NCBI GenBank assembly: GCA_040398805.1
Contig: JBBATK010000008.1
Span: 28,060 to 92,059 of the forward strand
DNA length: 64,000 bases
Source: Candidatus Kapaibacterium sp.
Lineage (GTDB): Bacteria > Bacteroidota > Ignavibacteria > Kapaibacteriales > NICIL-2
Reading direction: 5' to 3'
The notes below the pieces were generated by a model that saw only the letters and a program-made list of their open reading frames with translations, was not told the origin of the DNA and ran no database searches. Made by a program: the position numbers and the translations under genes. How positions within the stretch are numbered: the first letter of the stretch is position 1; every line of letters starts with the position of its first letter. This document shows positions 49,147 through 59,471 of this stretch, in pieces.

Positions 49147-49261
49147 GCGGACAGCGGTACGAACATAGCGCAAACGGGGCGTGTATGCAACGTCCGAACG
49201 GCGAAAAGCGCGCTGCCGTCAGGAGTCTCGGTACGGTGCGGTCCGGCCGGTGTTCGACGCG

Positions 49262-50152
49262 TTAATGCAGGGGTCGCTTCTTGATCATCCCGCCCTTGGT
49301 GTCCTTGATGGTATGCTGAACGACGAACGCATCGGGGTCGATGCGGTCGATCTCCTGCAGGAGCTTCGTCACTTCCAATCGGGTGACCACGCAGAACAGC
49401 ACCCGAGCGGACTCGTCGGTGAAATCACCGCGCGAGCCATACCCCTTCTCCGCTTTGTACACCGTGACACCCCGACCCAGCACGTCGGTGATATGCTGTT
49501 TGAGTTCGCGTGAATGGACGGACACGATGATCACGCCCGTGTATTCCTCGATGCCCTGAATGATGAAATCCACGGACTTCGACGCAGCGAAGTAGGTAAG
49601 CATGGAATACATGGCAGTCTCGACATTCACCAGAATGGTGGCGCAGGAAAAGAGGATGACGTTGAAGATGGTGATGACATCACCCACCGTGAGCGAACTG
49701 CGTCTGCTGACACTTACCGCAAGCACTTCCGCACCATCGATGACACCACCGCCACGAATGGCCAGTCCTATGCCCGTGCCCAGGAAGAATCCACCGAACA
49801 CCGCAATGAGCAGTTTGTCGGTGGTGACCGTGGGAAACGATGCATAGTGGACGGTGATGGCGAGCGCGACGATGGCTCCTGCACTGCGAAGAGCGAAGGC
49901 TTTGGAGATGAGGCGCGCGCCGAGCAGGACGAACGGGATGTTCACGAAGAGAAGGATGTAGGAAAGGTCGATACCCGTCAGCACCTCGGTAAGCAGGGAA
50001 ACTCCCGTAGCTCCGCCGTCAAGGATATCGTTCGGCAGGAGAAAGCCCTTCAATCCGATGCTCGCCATGAACACGCCTCCGCAAAGGAAGAGGATATCGC
50101 GGAGCAACGCCTTCCAAGGGGCGATGGATGATGTCCGGGGAACAGCGTTCAT
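49262..50152 (-). CDS. YitT family membrane protein (DUF2179 C-terminal domain)
   Basis: Multi-TM N-terminal region plus GVTVYKAEKGYG...FCVVTRLEV... Confidence 0.8.
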   Translation of the reverse strand: MNAVPRTSSIAPWKALLRDILFLCGGVFMASIGLKGFLLPNDILDGGATGVSLLTEVLTGIDLSYILLFVNIPFVLLGARLISKAFALRSAGAIVALAITVHYASFPTVTTDKLLIAVFGGFFLGTGIGLAIRGGGVIDGAEVLAVSVSRRSSLTVGDVITIFNVILFSCATILVNVETAMYSMLTYFAASKSVDFIIQGIEEYTGVIIVSVHSRELKQHITDVLGRGVTVYKAEKGYGSRGDFTDESARVLFCVVTRLEVTKLLQEIDRIDPDAFVVQHTIKDTKGGMIKKRPLH

Positions 50153-50306
50153 GGGGAAATGACGATGATGGTAGGAAACGGGCCGACGCGTATCCGATCC
50201 AAAGTTACTGCATCCGTGCGTTCGAGAATGAAGCGCCGGCTTGCGCCGTGCGGATCCTTCCTTCTATATTCCGCCACATCATGAACACACCACCGGACGT
50301 ATGACG

Positions 50307-51242
50307 ATGAAATCCCTTCTCCATGCGGTATTCTTTTTGATGTTCGCCACGGCGGATATGCGTGCGCAGAGTACCGAGGCGGTGACCTTGTTCTCCATGA
50401 CGGGGTCCGTGCACGGAACGCTGACCCTGCCCGCCAGCGGCTCGGCGTCCGTCGTCGCGCTCATCATTTGCGGTTCAGGTCCTACCGATCGGGATGGCAA
50501 CCTGCCGTTCATGAAGAACAACAGCATGAAGATGCTTGCGGATTCGCTCGCGAGTGCGGGCATCGCGTCGCTGCGGTACGATAAGCGCGGCATCGGTGCC
50601 AGCAAGGAAGCGATGACGTCGGAGGATGCGCTGCGTTTCGATGATTATATCGCCGACGCCGCCAACTGGATCGTGAAGCTTCGCAACGACAAACGTTTCA
50701 AGCGCGTGGCTGTGATCGGTCATAGTGAAGGTTCGCTCATCGGCATGCTGGCTGCGCATCGAGCTCAGGCCGACATGGTCGTCTCCATTGCCGGTGTGAG
50801 CGAAACCGCGGACGCCGTTCTCCGCCGTCAGCTGCTTGCCGCCCCCGGCGGCGCCGCCGATGCGGCATTCCCCATCATCGACTCGCTCGTCATGGGGAAG
50901 ACCGTCAGCTCTGTGCCTTCACGACTCATGACGCTCTTCCGACCAAGCGTCCAGCCGTATCTCATCTCCTGGTTCCGATACGATCCCATGAACGCCATCC
51001 GCGACTTGAGCATTCCCGTCCTCATCGTCCAGGGAACGACGGACCTGCAGGTCCTCGAGGCCGATGCGCTCGCGCTGAAGAAGATCCATCCCATGGCGGA
51101 GCTTGCCATGATACCCGGTATGAACCATGTGTTGAAGGACGCTCCGTCCGACCGCATGGAGAACCTGAAGACCTATTCGAATCCCGCCCTACCGCTGTCT
51201 GCAGGCATGTCACGGAGTATCATCACGTTTCTCCGCCAGTAA
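50307..51242 (+). CDS. secreted alpha/beta hydrolase
   Basis: Signal peptide and the GHSEGS nucleophile elbow. Confidence 0.75.
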   Translation: MKSLLHAVFFLMFATADMRAQSTEAVTLFSMTGSVHGTLTLPASGSASVVALIICGSGPTDRDGNLPFMKNNSMKMLADSLASAGIASLRYDKRGIGASKEAMTSEDALRFDDYIADAANWIVKLRNDKRFKRVAVIGHSEGSLIGMLAAHRAQADMVVSIAGVSETADAVLRRQLLAAPGGAADAAFPIIDSLVMGKTVSSVPSRLMTLFRPSVQPYLISWFRYDPMNAIRDLSIPVLIVQGTTDLQVLEADALALKKIHPMAELAMIPGMNHVLKDAPSDRMENLKTYSNPALPLSAGMSRSIITFLRQ

Positions 51243-51299
51243 GCATACGCTCGTACAGGGCACATCCGGAGCTCTCCCGTGGACGCGGTTCAGGATTGC

Positions 51300-52058
51300 C
51301 TATACCTTCCATCGCCAGGAGATACCCAGCGCCAGGTAGTGTTCGAGCGAGGTATTCACCAGCCCGAAGCCGCTGGAGAAGTCGAGCATGAAATCGTTGT
51401 TGATCAGATACGTGAACCCGCCGTCGGCGCGGTGGTCGGCGGGGCGGTCGGCCGGTGCGAAACCGTATGCTTCCACGTACATCCCCAATCTGTCGGTGAT
51501 GGGCGTTCCCGCCGTGAGCGTGTAGATGTAGGTGTGTTCCGCGGTTTCGCCGTTCCATTCCGCACCAAGATTGTAGGACAAGGAGATATCGTGCGCAAGG
51601 TTGTGCAGCATCACGAATCGGAACGAGGGTGCTATGTAGGTGGTCTGAAAATCCTTGCTGCCCAGATTCGAGGTGGTGATGTGGCCGATGAACGAGGTCT
51701 TGGGGATGATGCCGCTCTCTTCGAACAGTGATGATTTGAAGCCTACCGTGATGGGCGCTAGACCGAGTGTGGTGATGCCTCCGGAGGCAACGCGGGTGAC
51801 CTCCGTGATGAAGCGGAGTTCGAACTTCTCGTTCACGCCGTATTTCCATAAAGCCGTGGGCAACGTTGCCGTCGTCACCGAGCCCGTTGTGCGTTCCAAA
51901 CCGAATCCGGCCTCGCACTGGATGTAGTTCTTCGGAACGATGAACGGACACTCCGTCTGGTCCGGTCTGTCCAACTGGATGGGCGGAAGGTCCTGCGAAT
52001 ACAGTTCGATACCGAAAGCACTGATGTAGAAAACGAGGATCGCGGTCAGTCTGCGCAT
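51300..52058 (-). CDS. outer-membrane transporter-like beta-barrel (MetA-pathway/phenol-degradation-like family)
   Basis: Signal peptide, DRPDQTE near the N-terminus, and a C-terminal ...LGISWRWKV. Confidence 0.6.
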   Translation of the reverse strand: MRRLTAILVFYISAFGIELYSQDLPPIQLDRPDQTECPFIVPKNYIQCEAGFGLERTTGSVTTATLPTALWKYGVNEKFELRFITEVTRVASGGITTLGLAPITVGFKSSLFEESGIIPKTSFIGHITTSNLGSKDFQTTYIAPSFRFVMLHNLAHDISLSYNLGAEWNGETAEHTYIYTLTAGTPITDRLGMYVEAYGFAPADRPADHRADGGFTYLINNDFMLDFSSGFGLVNTSLEHYLALGISWRWKV

Positions 52059-52133
52059 GAGCGGAAGTACGGTGTGGTGATACGGAAAGGTGCAATATAG
52101 GCTCTGTCGCACAGTGGGTCAGGGGCGTGCGTG

Positions 52134-53027
52134 CTATGCTCCGTGCGGACCCACCGTTGGCAACGGCCGCGCGTCGCGCACATAGGCGTCCATCCACCAC
52201 CGGATGTCCACGGCGCTTTCCGGTCGGCGACCCGCCAGTATGTGGTCGGCATTATCGTACATGATCAGCTTGTACGGATGCAGACAGTCCTGCAGCGCTG
52301 CACCGAGCTTGAACGCATGCGCGGGATGCACACGCCGGTCGCCGGAACCGTGGAGCACGAGCAAAGGCGTCGTCTTGCAGAGTTCATCGGCCCACAACAC
52401 CGCAGACCGCCTCTCCACCTCCGCGTGCATGGCATCGTTGCGAGGAATGAACTGTGCCACGGTGGTTCGAATGGACTCCTCTTTGCGGAGGTCGTGCAGG
52501 GCGGTGGGCGCGCCGATGATCACCGCTGCGCGGAACGCCGCGGATTGCCGCAGCATCATGAGCGCCATCATGCCGCCGCGACTGCCGCCGATGATACCCA
52601 CGCGTGCCATATCCACGTAGCCAAGGGATGCGAGGACCGGCAAGAGGTTCATGGCATCATGCACATCCGCTCCGCCCCATTCCTCGGCGCCTTCGCTGCC
52701 GCCGTGACCCCGATAGTTGCTCGCGATGGTCACGTATCCCCACGAGGCGTAGAGTCCTGCATAGGCGAACGCGCTCTCCGCGGTCAAGGCTCCGCGCGGA
52801 CCGTGACCGCCGCGATTGAAGACGATGGCGGGGTACGTGTTATCCGCTTGGGCAGGCGGTAAGGCAAGGAAACCGCGGATGCGGATTCCGTCGCTCAGGT
52901 AGCTGATAGCGAACATCTGCACGGCCATGAAGTTCGCGAAGTCCTGCGCCGTCATCGACCGTTTCATCATGGACACGAGCGACCTGGGATGCAGGACGGG
53001 TTCGGTGGACAGGAGGATTGCAGACAT
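52134..53027 (-). CDS. alpha/beta hydrolase (prolyl oligopeptidase S9 / dienelactone hydrolase-like)
   Basis: GGSRGGMMAL is the GxSxG elbow, and there is a late HGSGD motif. The start overlaps the upstream stop by 1 nt (TAATG). Confidence 0.75.
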   Translation of the reverse strand: MSAILLSTEPVLHPRSLVSMMKRSMTAQDFANFMAVQMFAISYLSDGIRIRGFLALPPAQADNTYPAIVFNRGGHGPRGALTAESAFAYAGLYASWGYVTIASNYRGHGGSEGAEEWGGADVHDAMNLLPVLASLGYVDMARVGIIGGSRGGMMALMMLRQSAAFRAAVIIGAPTALHDLRKEESIRTTVAQFIPRNDAMHAEVERRSAVLWADELCKTTPLLVLHGSGDRRVHPAHAFKLGAALQDCLHPYKLIMYDNADHILAGRRPESAVDIRWWMDAYVRDARPLPTVGPHGA

Positions 53028-55312
53028 TATTCGCGCACCACGAGAATCTTCGAAACAGCCGTCGTCGTATTCGATTGCGAAACGGCAAGGACGAGATACA
53101 CGCCGCTGCTGATGTACGCGCCGCTTTCATCGCGTCCGTCCCACAGCACGCGCTTGCTCGTGGTTTCCAGCGATCGCACCAGTACGCCGTCCAGGGTGGT
53201 GATCTTCACCCGCGCATCGGCCTCGAGTCCGTCCACCACCAGTTGCGGGTCGATGCCCGGACGGAAAGGTTGCGGATACACGGCAAGGTCGAACGACTCC
53301 GATGGCCGTATCGCGAGTGTCTGTGCGGTGTTCAGGCCTTGTGTGGTTCCCAGGTACACGGTGCCGGTCCGTTCATCCAGCGCCAGGCTCCGTATCTCGT
53401 CGGAAAGCAAGGCGGGATATCGTTGACGATTGATGTACCCGATGGTATCGCTGCCGTCTTCCGACAGGATCCACACGCCGCTGTTCGTGGCTATCCACTT
53501 GTTGTTCTGCGGATCCACGAGTATGTCGTTGATCACTTGGTCGCGAAGCAGGCGCAGGCGGCTGATGGCGGGGGAGGTGGTGGTAGGACGCAGCACAAGG
53601 GAGGGAAAGGACATGACGGAGATGCCGCTGGAGTTCGTACCGATCCACATCATGCCGCTTTTGTCCACCGCCAAGGCGGAGATGTCGTTGTCCGTCAACG
53701 ACGAATTCGATGTCGTGATACGTCCCCACGAAGCACCCTGCGAGCGGGCATTGTACCACACCAGTCCCGCCGGTCCTGCCGCCCATTTCGTGTCCGAAGC
53801 ATCGATGGCGATCATCCAGTAGTTACGTCCCGAGCCTGTTTCGTTCGCGTATCCTTTCCACGCCCCCGATGTCGACCGCTCAAGGAAGAGCGGTCCGCTG
53901 CCGTTGGTGGGATCGAAGTTCACGACCCAGGTCGATCCGTTACGGTCACTCGCGGCATCACCGCTGAGCACGAAACCGGGACTGCCGGAAATGCCCGTGA
54001 GCAGGGAGTTCGCCGATGTGTATTGTTTCGTCACGATGGAATCCGCCGTGCGCGCGCACTCCATGAGTCCGTCGCCGAAGGTGCCGGCCCACACGGATGA
54101 ATCGGCCGTGGCGCTGATACGCCACACGACGTCGCTGGGAAAACCCGGCACGAGCGTGCGGTTCGCGTTGGACCACGATGTTCCGTCGAAACAGCTCAAG
54201 CCCTGACCGTCCTGATTCCTGTTCGATGTCGCAGTCCAGGCACGTCCTTTCGCATCCACGCAGACGCGCTGTACACGGTTCGAGTACATGGAGTTCGGCA
54301 CATACAGGTCCGCTTTCGGATCGGGGAACAGTCCTACCCCTCGCGTGAAGAAGAGCACCGCCGGCGTGGGTACGGAGCCGATGTCCACCGACGTGATGCC
54401 GTTGATGGCGGACGGCACGCCCGTCATCATCTCGCCGCCGAAGAGTCTGCCCACGCGGTCGGTGGTGGCATACATCACCGTGTCGCCGATGGCCACGAGC
54501 GAATTGAAGGGCGGACCGTTCTGAACGCGTTGCCGCACCAGCCGGAAGGTGTCCCGGTCCCGCTCATACACTGCGTTCGGCGTGCACGCGTATACCGTCT
54601 TCGAGGTGGTCATGCAGATATCCCTGCACGTACGCAGGGTATCGCCGCCGATCGCTGGCACACGACGCCACAGTTCCGGTAAGCGCAGGGTGGTGGTTGC
54701 AAGCGGTGCGATGAACACACCGCCGTCCGCCGCTGCGATGATGGAGTCCCGTGTCACCACCACTTTCCATACCGCTGTCTTCTGATCAAGGGTACCGATG
54801 CGATCGATGGTTTCGATGAACACGCCCCGTCGTATGTCGAAAAGGGCGATGCCGAAATCGGTGGAGAGGAAGGCCGTGTCGCCACGGAAGGTGATATGAT
54901 GGATACTGCGTCGCGGATAGATCTCGCTGGCGCCTTGGATGTCCGTGACGTGTTTCCACTTCGACGAGTCCGAAAGATACACCTCAACATAGCCGTCGAA
55001 GGTGCCCGCATAGATGGCGTTCGTCGGGGCATGGAAAGCGATGCTCGTGATGTCCAGCGACAGCAATCCTTCCGTGTTACGGAACTGACGATATGTGTCT
55101 GTCCGACGGTCCACCGCATACATTCCGCCGCCCGTCGCCACCCACAAGGTGCCGGATGTATCGCTCACCGCGTCGCGGGCGTTCACCATGCTCGTGTAGG
55201 ACTTCCAATCGCGCGCGAAGAACTGCGTCCGGGGAACGCTCTCGAAGAATTGCGCGGATGCGGTGCCGACGAGCACGAACGACAGGATGAGGGAGAGCGC
55301 GACGGACCGCAT
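53027..55312 (-). CDS. two-component-regulator-propeller-like beta-propeller protein with T9SS C-terminal sorting domain
   Basis: Signal peptide MRSVALSLILSFVLVGTASA (ATG 55312; the ORF extends to 55384). Many WxxT/GG repeats. C-terminal VYPQPF...VKITTLDGVLVRSL...WDGRDESGAYISSGVYLV... Confidence 0.75.
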   Translation of the reverse strand: MRSVALSLILSFVLVGTASAQFFESVPRTQFFARDWKSYTSMVNARDAVSDTSGTLWVATGGGMYAVDRRTDTYRQFRNTEGLLSLDITSIAFHAPTNAIYAGTFDGYVEVYLSDSSKWKHVTDIQGASEIYPRRSIHHITFRGDTAFLSTDFGIALFDIRRGVFIETIDRIGTLDQKTAVWKVVVTRDSIIAAADGGVFIAPLATTTLRLPELWRRVPAIGGDTLRTCRDICMTTSKTVYACTPNAVYERDRDTFRLVRQRVQNGPPFNSLVAIGDTVMYATTDRVGRLFGGEMMTGVPSAINGITSVDIGSVPTPAVLFFTRGVGLFPDPKADLYVPNSMYSNRVQRVCVDAKGRAWTATSNRNQDGQGLSCFDGTSWSNANRTLVPGFPSDVVWRISATADSSVWAGTFGDGLMECARTADSIVTKQYTSANSLLTGISGSPGFVLSGDAASDRNGSTWVVNFDPTNGSGPLFLERSTSGAWKGYANETGSGRNYWMIAIDASDTKWAAGPAGLVWYNARSQGASWGRITTSNSSLTDNDISALAVDKSGMMWIGTNSSGISVMSFPSLVLRPTTTSPAISRLRLLRDQVINDILVDPQNNKWIATNSGVWILSEDGSDTIGYINRQRYPALLSDEIRSLALDERTGTVYLGTTQGLNTAQTLAIRPSESFDLAVYPQPFRPGIDPQLVVDGLEADARVKITTLDGVLVRSLETTSKRVLWDGRDESGAYISSGVYLVLAVSQSNTTTAVSKILVVRE

Positions 55313-55459
55313 GGCACGGGCGATGTCCATCCGTGAAGTGACGGATTCGATCGGCGAAGGGGATGCGTCGTGAGTCGATGTCATGAGCGGCGATGTCAGG
55401 TAACGATCAAAACGAGGTACGGACGACCATGTGGCGATGCGGATACGGTGGTGATGACC

Positions 55460-55945
55460 TTACGCCGATGTCCGGATGTGATGCAGGACGCGGACCATGT
55501 CCAACGCCCCGATGACCGCTTCGTAGCCTTTGTTGTTCATACCCGTGTCCGAGCGGTCGGCCGCCTGCTCGTAGGTATCGGTCGTGAGCACGCCAAAGAT
55601 ACACGGAACGCCCGTTTCGAGCATGACGCGCATGATGCCGTCGGAGGCGGCATCGGCGACGAGTTCGAAGTGATAGGTATCGCCACGGATGACGCAACCG
55701 AGGGCGATGACGGCGTGGTACTTGCCCGATTGTGCGCATGCTTGGACGACGGACGGGAGCTCGTAACTGCCCGGACACCGGAACAGGTCGAGTCCGGACT
55801 CCACTCCGCCGCACTCGCTCCAGGCAGCGCTCACGCCGCTCATCAAGCGATCGATGATCGCCGCGTTCCAGCGGGCCGCCACGACGGCGATGCGGATGCC
55901 GTCGGCCGACGGCGTGGTTTCGTACAAAGGCGTAGGTTGACTCAT
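55460..55945 (-). CDS. ribH: 6,7-dimethyl-8-ribityllumazine synthase
   Basis: Motifs: IAVVAARWN, PGSYELP, LGCVIRGDTYHFE, FGVLT. Confidence 0.9.
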   Translation of the reverse strand: MSQPTPLYETTPSADGIRIAVVAARWNAAIIDRLMSGVSAAWSECGGVESGLDLFRCPGSYELPSVVQACAQSGKYHAVIALGCVIRGDTYHFELVADAASDGIMRVMLETGVPCIFGVLTTDTYEQAADRSDTGMNNKGYEAVIGALDMVRVLHHIRTSA

Positions 55946-56229
55946 GGTGCAATATACATGGCATGCGTATGTGGGCGCGGTCGTTCGCCCGCATCGCTGC
56001 CAGTGGCGCGCAAGCCGCGCTCCTCCTGTTCTTCCGGGACGTGTCTCTCATCGTCTCGGCAAGGACTCCGGCGGTTCATTGATGCGTCGTTCACCGGTGT
56101 CAAGCAAAGCGGACTAAAGGACAGATTTGTATATATATTTGACGGGTATCGCGGGTATCCACGATTGGTGGGTGCCGACTGCATGGGGTCCGCACCCTTC
56201 GTTTCACCTTTGTGCAGGAGAACACGCAT

Positions 56230-57807
56230 ATGTTCGGGAATCTGCGGTCGGACATACCGGCCAGCCTGGTGGTGTTTCTTGTGGCCTTGCCTTTATGTCT
56301 GGGAATTGCGTTGGCGTCCGGTGCGCCGTTGTTCTCGGGAATCATCGCGGGTATTGTTGGTGGCATCGTGGTGGGCGTGCTGAGCGGGTCGCAATTGAGC
56401 GTGAGCGGACCGGCAGCGGGACTCACCGTCATCGTCTTCGGTGCGATCACATCCCTTCCCTCGTATCAGGCCTTCCTCGTGGCAGTCGTTCTTGGCGGAG
56501 TGTTTCAAGTCGTCTTCGGCAAACTGAAGGCCGGGGTGATCGGCGACTTCGTTCCCTCTGCGGTCATCAAGGGCATGCTTACCGCGATCGGCCTGATCCT
56601 CATTTTCAAGCAGGTGCCCCACCTCCTGGGGTACGATGCGGATTTCATCGGCGACGAGAACTTCAATCAGACGGATGGCCGTACCACTCTTTCCGAAATC
56701 AGCTATGCTCTGGGATACATCCAGCCGGGTGCTGTCTGCATCGGCATCGTCTCCCTGGGCATACAACTGTTGTGGGATACGCGACCCATCAAGGAGAACG
56801 GATTCCTGAAGCTCCTACCCGGTTCTCTCATGGTCGTGTTTTTCGGCGTCGTCGCCAACGAGTGGTTCCGTTCCGCCCTGCCGGGATTGTACCTGAACGA
56901 ATCATACAGGGTTTCCATTCCATCTGCCGCCAGTTTCTCCCAGTTCGGTTCGTTCTTTACGTTTCCCGACTTCTCCCATATCCTGAACCCAAAAGTCTGG
57001 AGCGTTGCCATCACGCTTGCCCTGATTGCGAGTCTGGAATCGCTTCTGAGCCTGGAGGCCGCAGACAAACTGGATCCGCTGAACCGGGTTTCACCGCCGA
57101 ACCGGGAGCTGTACGCTCAAGGTGCGGGAAACATCATTTCCGGACTCCTTGGCGGAATCCCCGTCACGGCTGTCATCGTGCGCACATCCGCCAATGTATC
57201 CGCCGGAGCGAAATCCAAGTTCAGCGCCAGTCTTCACGGTGTTCTCCTGCTGGTGTGTGTGGCGTTCATACCATCGACACTCAATAGGATTCCGCTCTCG
57301 GCGCTAGCCGCCATCCTTGTCATGGTGGGAAGCAAGCTCGCCAAGCCGAAGATGTTCATCGACATATACAGGAAAGACAAGCAGCAGTTCCTTGCGTTCA
57401 CCGTAACAATCGCCGCGATTCTTTTCACCGATCTGCTCGTCGGGATCATGATCGGTGTCATCTGCTCCTTCTACTTCATCATACGGAGCATGTATCACAG
57501 CGGCCTCTTCATCGTCAACCATGAGGACCGTTATCTGCTGCAATTCGGACAGGAAGTGTCGTTCTTGAACAAAGCGAAGCTTCGTCATTCGCTGGAGGAG
57601 ATCCCGCACAACAGCACGCTAGTCATCGATGCCACGAAGTCGCGATTCATCGACAACGACATCGTCGAGGTGGTGGAGGAGTACTCTCACCATGCGGAGT
57701 TGAAGAATGTCACTCTTATCGTCAAAGACGACAATCGCGAGTCGCACCGCGAATTCGGTTTCATCAGCAATCAACAGAACCAAGGAGAGAACCATGGACG
57801 AGCATAG
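56230..57807 (+). CDS. SulP family inorganic anion (bicarbonate/sulfate) transporter with STAS-like C-terminus
   Basis: N-terminus DIPASLVVFLVALPLCLGIALASGAP, multi-TM body, and a C-terminal STAS-like region. Confidence 0.9.
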   Translation: MFGNLRSDIPASLVVFLVALPLCLGIALASGAPLFSGIIAGIVGGIVVGVLSGSQLSVSGPAAGLTVIVFGAITSLPSYQAFLVAVVLGGVFQVVFGKLKAGVIGDFVPSAVIKGMLTAIGLILIFKQVPHLLGYDADFIGDENFNQTDGRTTLSEISYALGYIQPGAVCIGIVSLGIQLLWDTRPIKENGFLKLLPGSLMVVFFGVVANEWFRSALPGLYLNESYRVSIPSAASFSQFGSFFTFPDFSHILNPKVWSVAITLALIASLESLLSLEAADKLDPLNRVSPPNRELYAQGAGNIISGLLGGIPVTAVIVRTSANVSAGAKSKFSASLHGVLLLVCVAFIPSTLNRIPLSALAAILVMVGSKLAKPKMFIDIYRKDKQQFLAFTVTIAAILFTDLLVGIMIGVICSFYFIIRSMYHSGLFIVNHEDRYLLQFGQEVSFLNKAKLRHSLEEIPHNSTLVIDATKSRFIDNDIVEVVEEYSHHAELKNVTLIVKDDNRESHREFGFISNQQNQGENHGRA

Positions 57808-58426
57808 ACACCTGCTCCTGGAGAACAAAGCCTGGGCCACATCCAAAGTGATGGAGGATGCCGACTATTTCACGCGCCTGAGCAAGATCCAGTCGCCGAA
57901 GTTCATGTGGATAGGGTGCTCGGACAGCAGAGTGCCCACCAATGAGATGACCGGCACCGTGCCTGGCGAGATCTTCGTCCACAGGAACATCGCCAACATG
58001 GTGGTCCATACGGACCTCAATCTGTTGAGCGTGCTTCAGTATGCCGTAGAGGTGCTGCATGTGGAGCACATCATCGTGTGTGGCCATTATGGATGCGGTG
58101 GGGTGAAGGCCGCCATCACACGCCAGAGTTTCGGCATCATCAACAAGTGGCTGCGGAACATCAAGGACGTGTATCGCATTCATGAGAGCGAGCTGATCGG
58201 CATTTCGAACGAAGACGACAGAGTGGACAAGCTCGTCGAGCTTAATGTTCAGGAGCAAGTCATGAACCTTGCAAAGACATCGATCATACAAAAGGCCTGG
58301 AAGTACGAGAACCGGCCTCACCTGCACGGTTGGGTGTACAGCTTGCAGGACGGGCTCTTGAAGCAGATCTACACCATGGCGCCGAATACGCATTTCGACG
58401 ACCTTTACGAATACGACAACCTCTAA
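57794..58426 (+). CDS. can: beta-class carbonic anhydrase
   Basis: Motifs: WIGCSDSRVP and VCGHYGCGG. The start overlaps the SulP end by 14 nt. Confidence 0.9.
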   Translation: MDEHRHLLLENKAWATSKVMEDADYFTRLSKIQSPKFMWIGCSDSRVPTNEMTGTVPGEIFVHRNIANMVVHTDLNLLSVLQYAVEVLHVEHIIVCGHYGCGGVKAAITRQSFGIINKWLRNIKDVYRIHESELIGISNEDDRVDKLVELNVQEQVMNLAKTSIIQKAWKYENRPHLHGWVYSLQDGLLKQIYTMAPNTHFDDLYEYDNL

Positions 58427-59295
58427 CCACGGCGGTACGTCTGCGCAGTGGACCGCATGGCGTCCACCGTGGACAGGTCCACGGAGAACGAACCGAAGTT
58501 CTGGTCGTCGTACGGCCGACTGCCATGGAAGTCCGACCCGCCCGTGGCGAGCAGACCGTAGCTTTTCACCAACGAGTGGTAATACCTCGTCTGCTGCCGC
58601 GTGTGCTTGGGATAGAACGTCTCCACGCCATCCAGACCGGCGGCGATAAGCTCCACGATCCTGCTCGTGGTGATGTTCCGCGCGGGATGCGCGATGATGG
58701 CGATGCCGCCGGCGTCGTGAATGACGCGAATTGCTTCATCGATCGTCTGGTCCGCGATGGGTACGTACACGGGACCATGATTCGACAGGTAGCGGTCGAA
58801 GGCCTCCTGCGTGCTTTGCACATACCCTTTCGCCATGAGTGCCTGTGCGATGTGCGGACGTACGATACTGGCTCCGCCGGCATGAACCATCACATCATCC
58901 ATGCGAATGTCCACGTTCTCCGCCCGCAGGCGTTCAAGCATCGCTTCGCATCGCGCCACCCGCTGGTCACGTGTTCGTGCAAGGTATCGCTGGAACGAAT
59001 CCTCCGACGGTTCGAAGCAATACGCCAACAGGTGATATTCCCTGCCCGATTCGGCGCACGTGAGCTCGCATCCGGGCAGCACATCCACCGGCGTGTGGAC
59101 GCTCAGTCGGGTGGCGATATCAAGTGCTTCGGTCGTATCGTGATCACAGATGCCAAGGACGGAGATTTGATACTCGCATGCTTTTCGCACCAGATCCTGA
59201 GGGGAGAGACTTCCGTCGGAACACGTGGTATGTGTATGAAGGTCGGTGGCAGGCTCTAAACGGAGCTGACCGACGAAGGATTGTTTCATGGACAA
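58423..59295 (-). CDS. PHP domain phosphoesterase (TrpH/YciV-like)
   Basis: Motifs: DLHTHTTCSDG, GICDHD, IIAHP, GGSDFHG. Confidence 0.8.
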   Translation of the reverse strand: MSMKQSFVGQLRLEPATDLHTHTTCSDGSLSPQDLVRKACEYQISVLGICDHDTTEALDIATRLSVHTPVDVLPGCELTCAESGREYHLLAYCFEPSEDSFQRYLARTRDQRVARCEAMLERLRAENVDIRMDDVMVHAGGASIVRPHIAQALMAKGYVQSTQEAFDRYLSNHGPVYVPIADQTIDEAIRVIHDAGGIAIIAHPARNITTSRIVELIAAGLDGVETFYPKHTRQQTRYYHSLVKSYGLLATGGSDFHGSRPYDDQNFGSFSVDLSTVDAMRSTAQTYRRG

Positions 59296-59471
59296 CGCAA
59301 TATAGCGGTGCGGTCGTTGTCGACTTCGATTCGGACGGTACGCAGGTCAAAGCGCGTGCCACAAGCCCGACCACGCTCCCAAGAAAGTACTTTGCTAAAG
59401 AGAGGAAAAAATATAGTTTGACACGGCACGATCATTGCGCACGCACCCACTCACATTGAAGCGAGAAGGCC

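Noticed and set aside
58423-58426. Convergent overlap of the carbonic anhydrase and PHP phosphoesterase stop codons (CTAA/TTAG) as a regulatory feature.
   Set aside because: This is a trivial 4-nt overlap of stop codons, with no associated structure.
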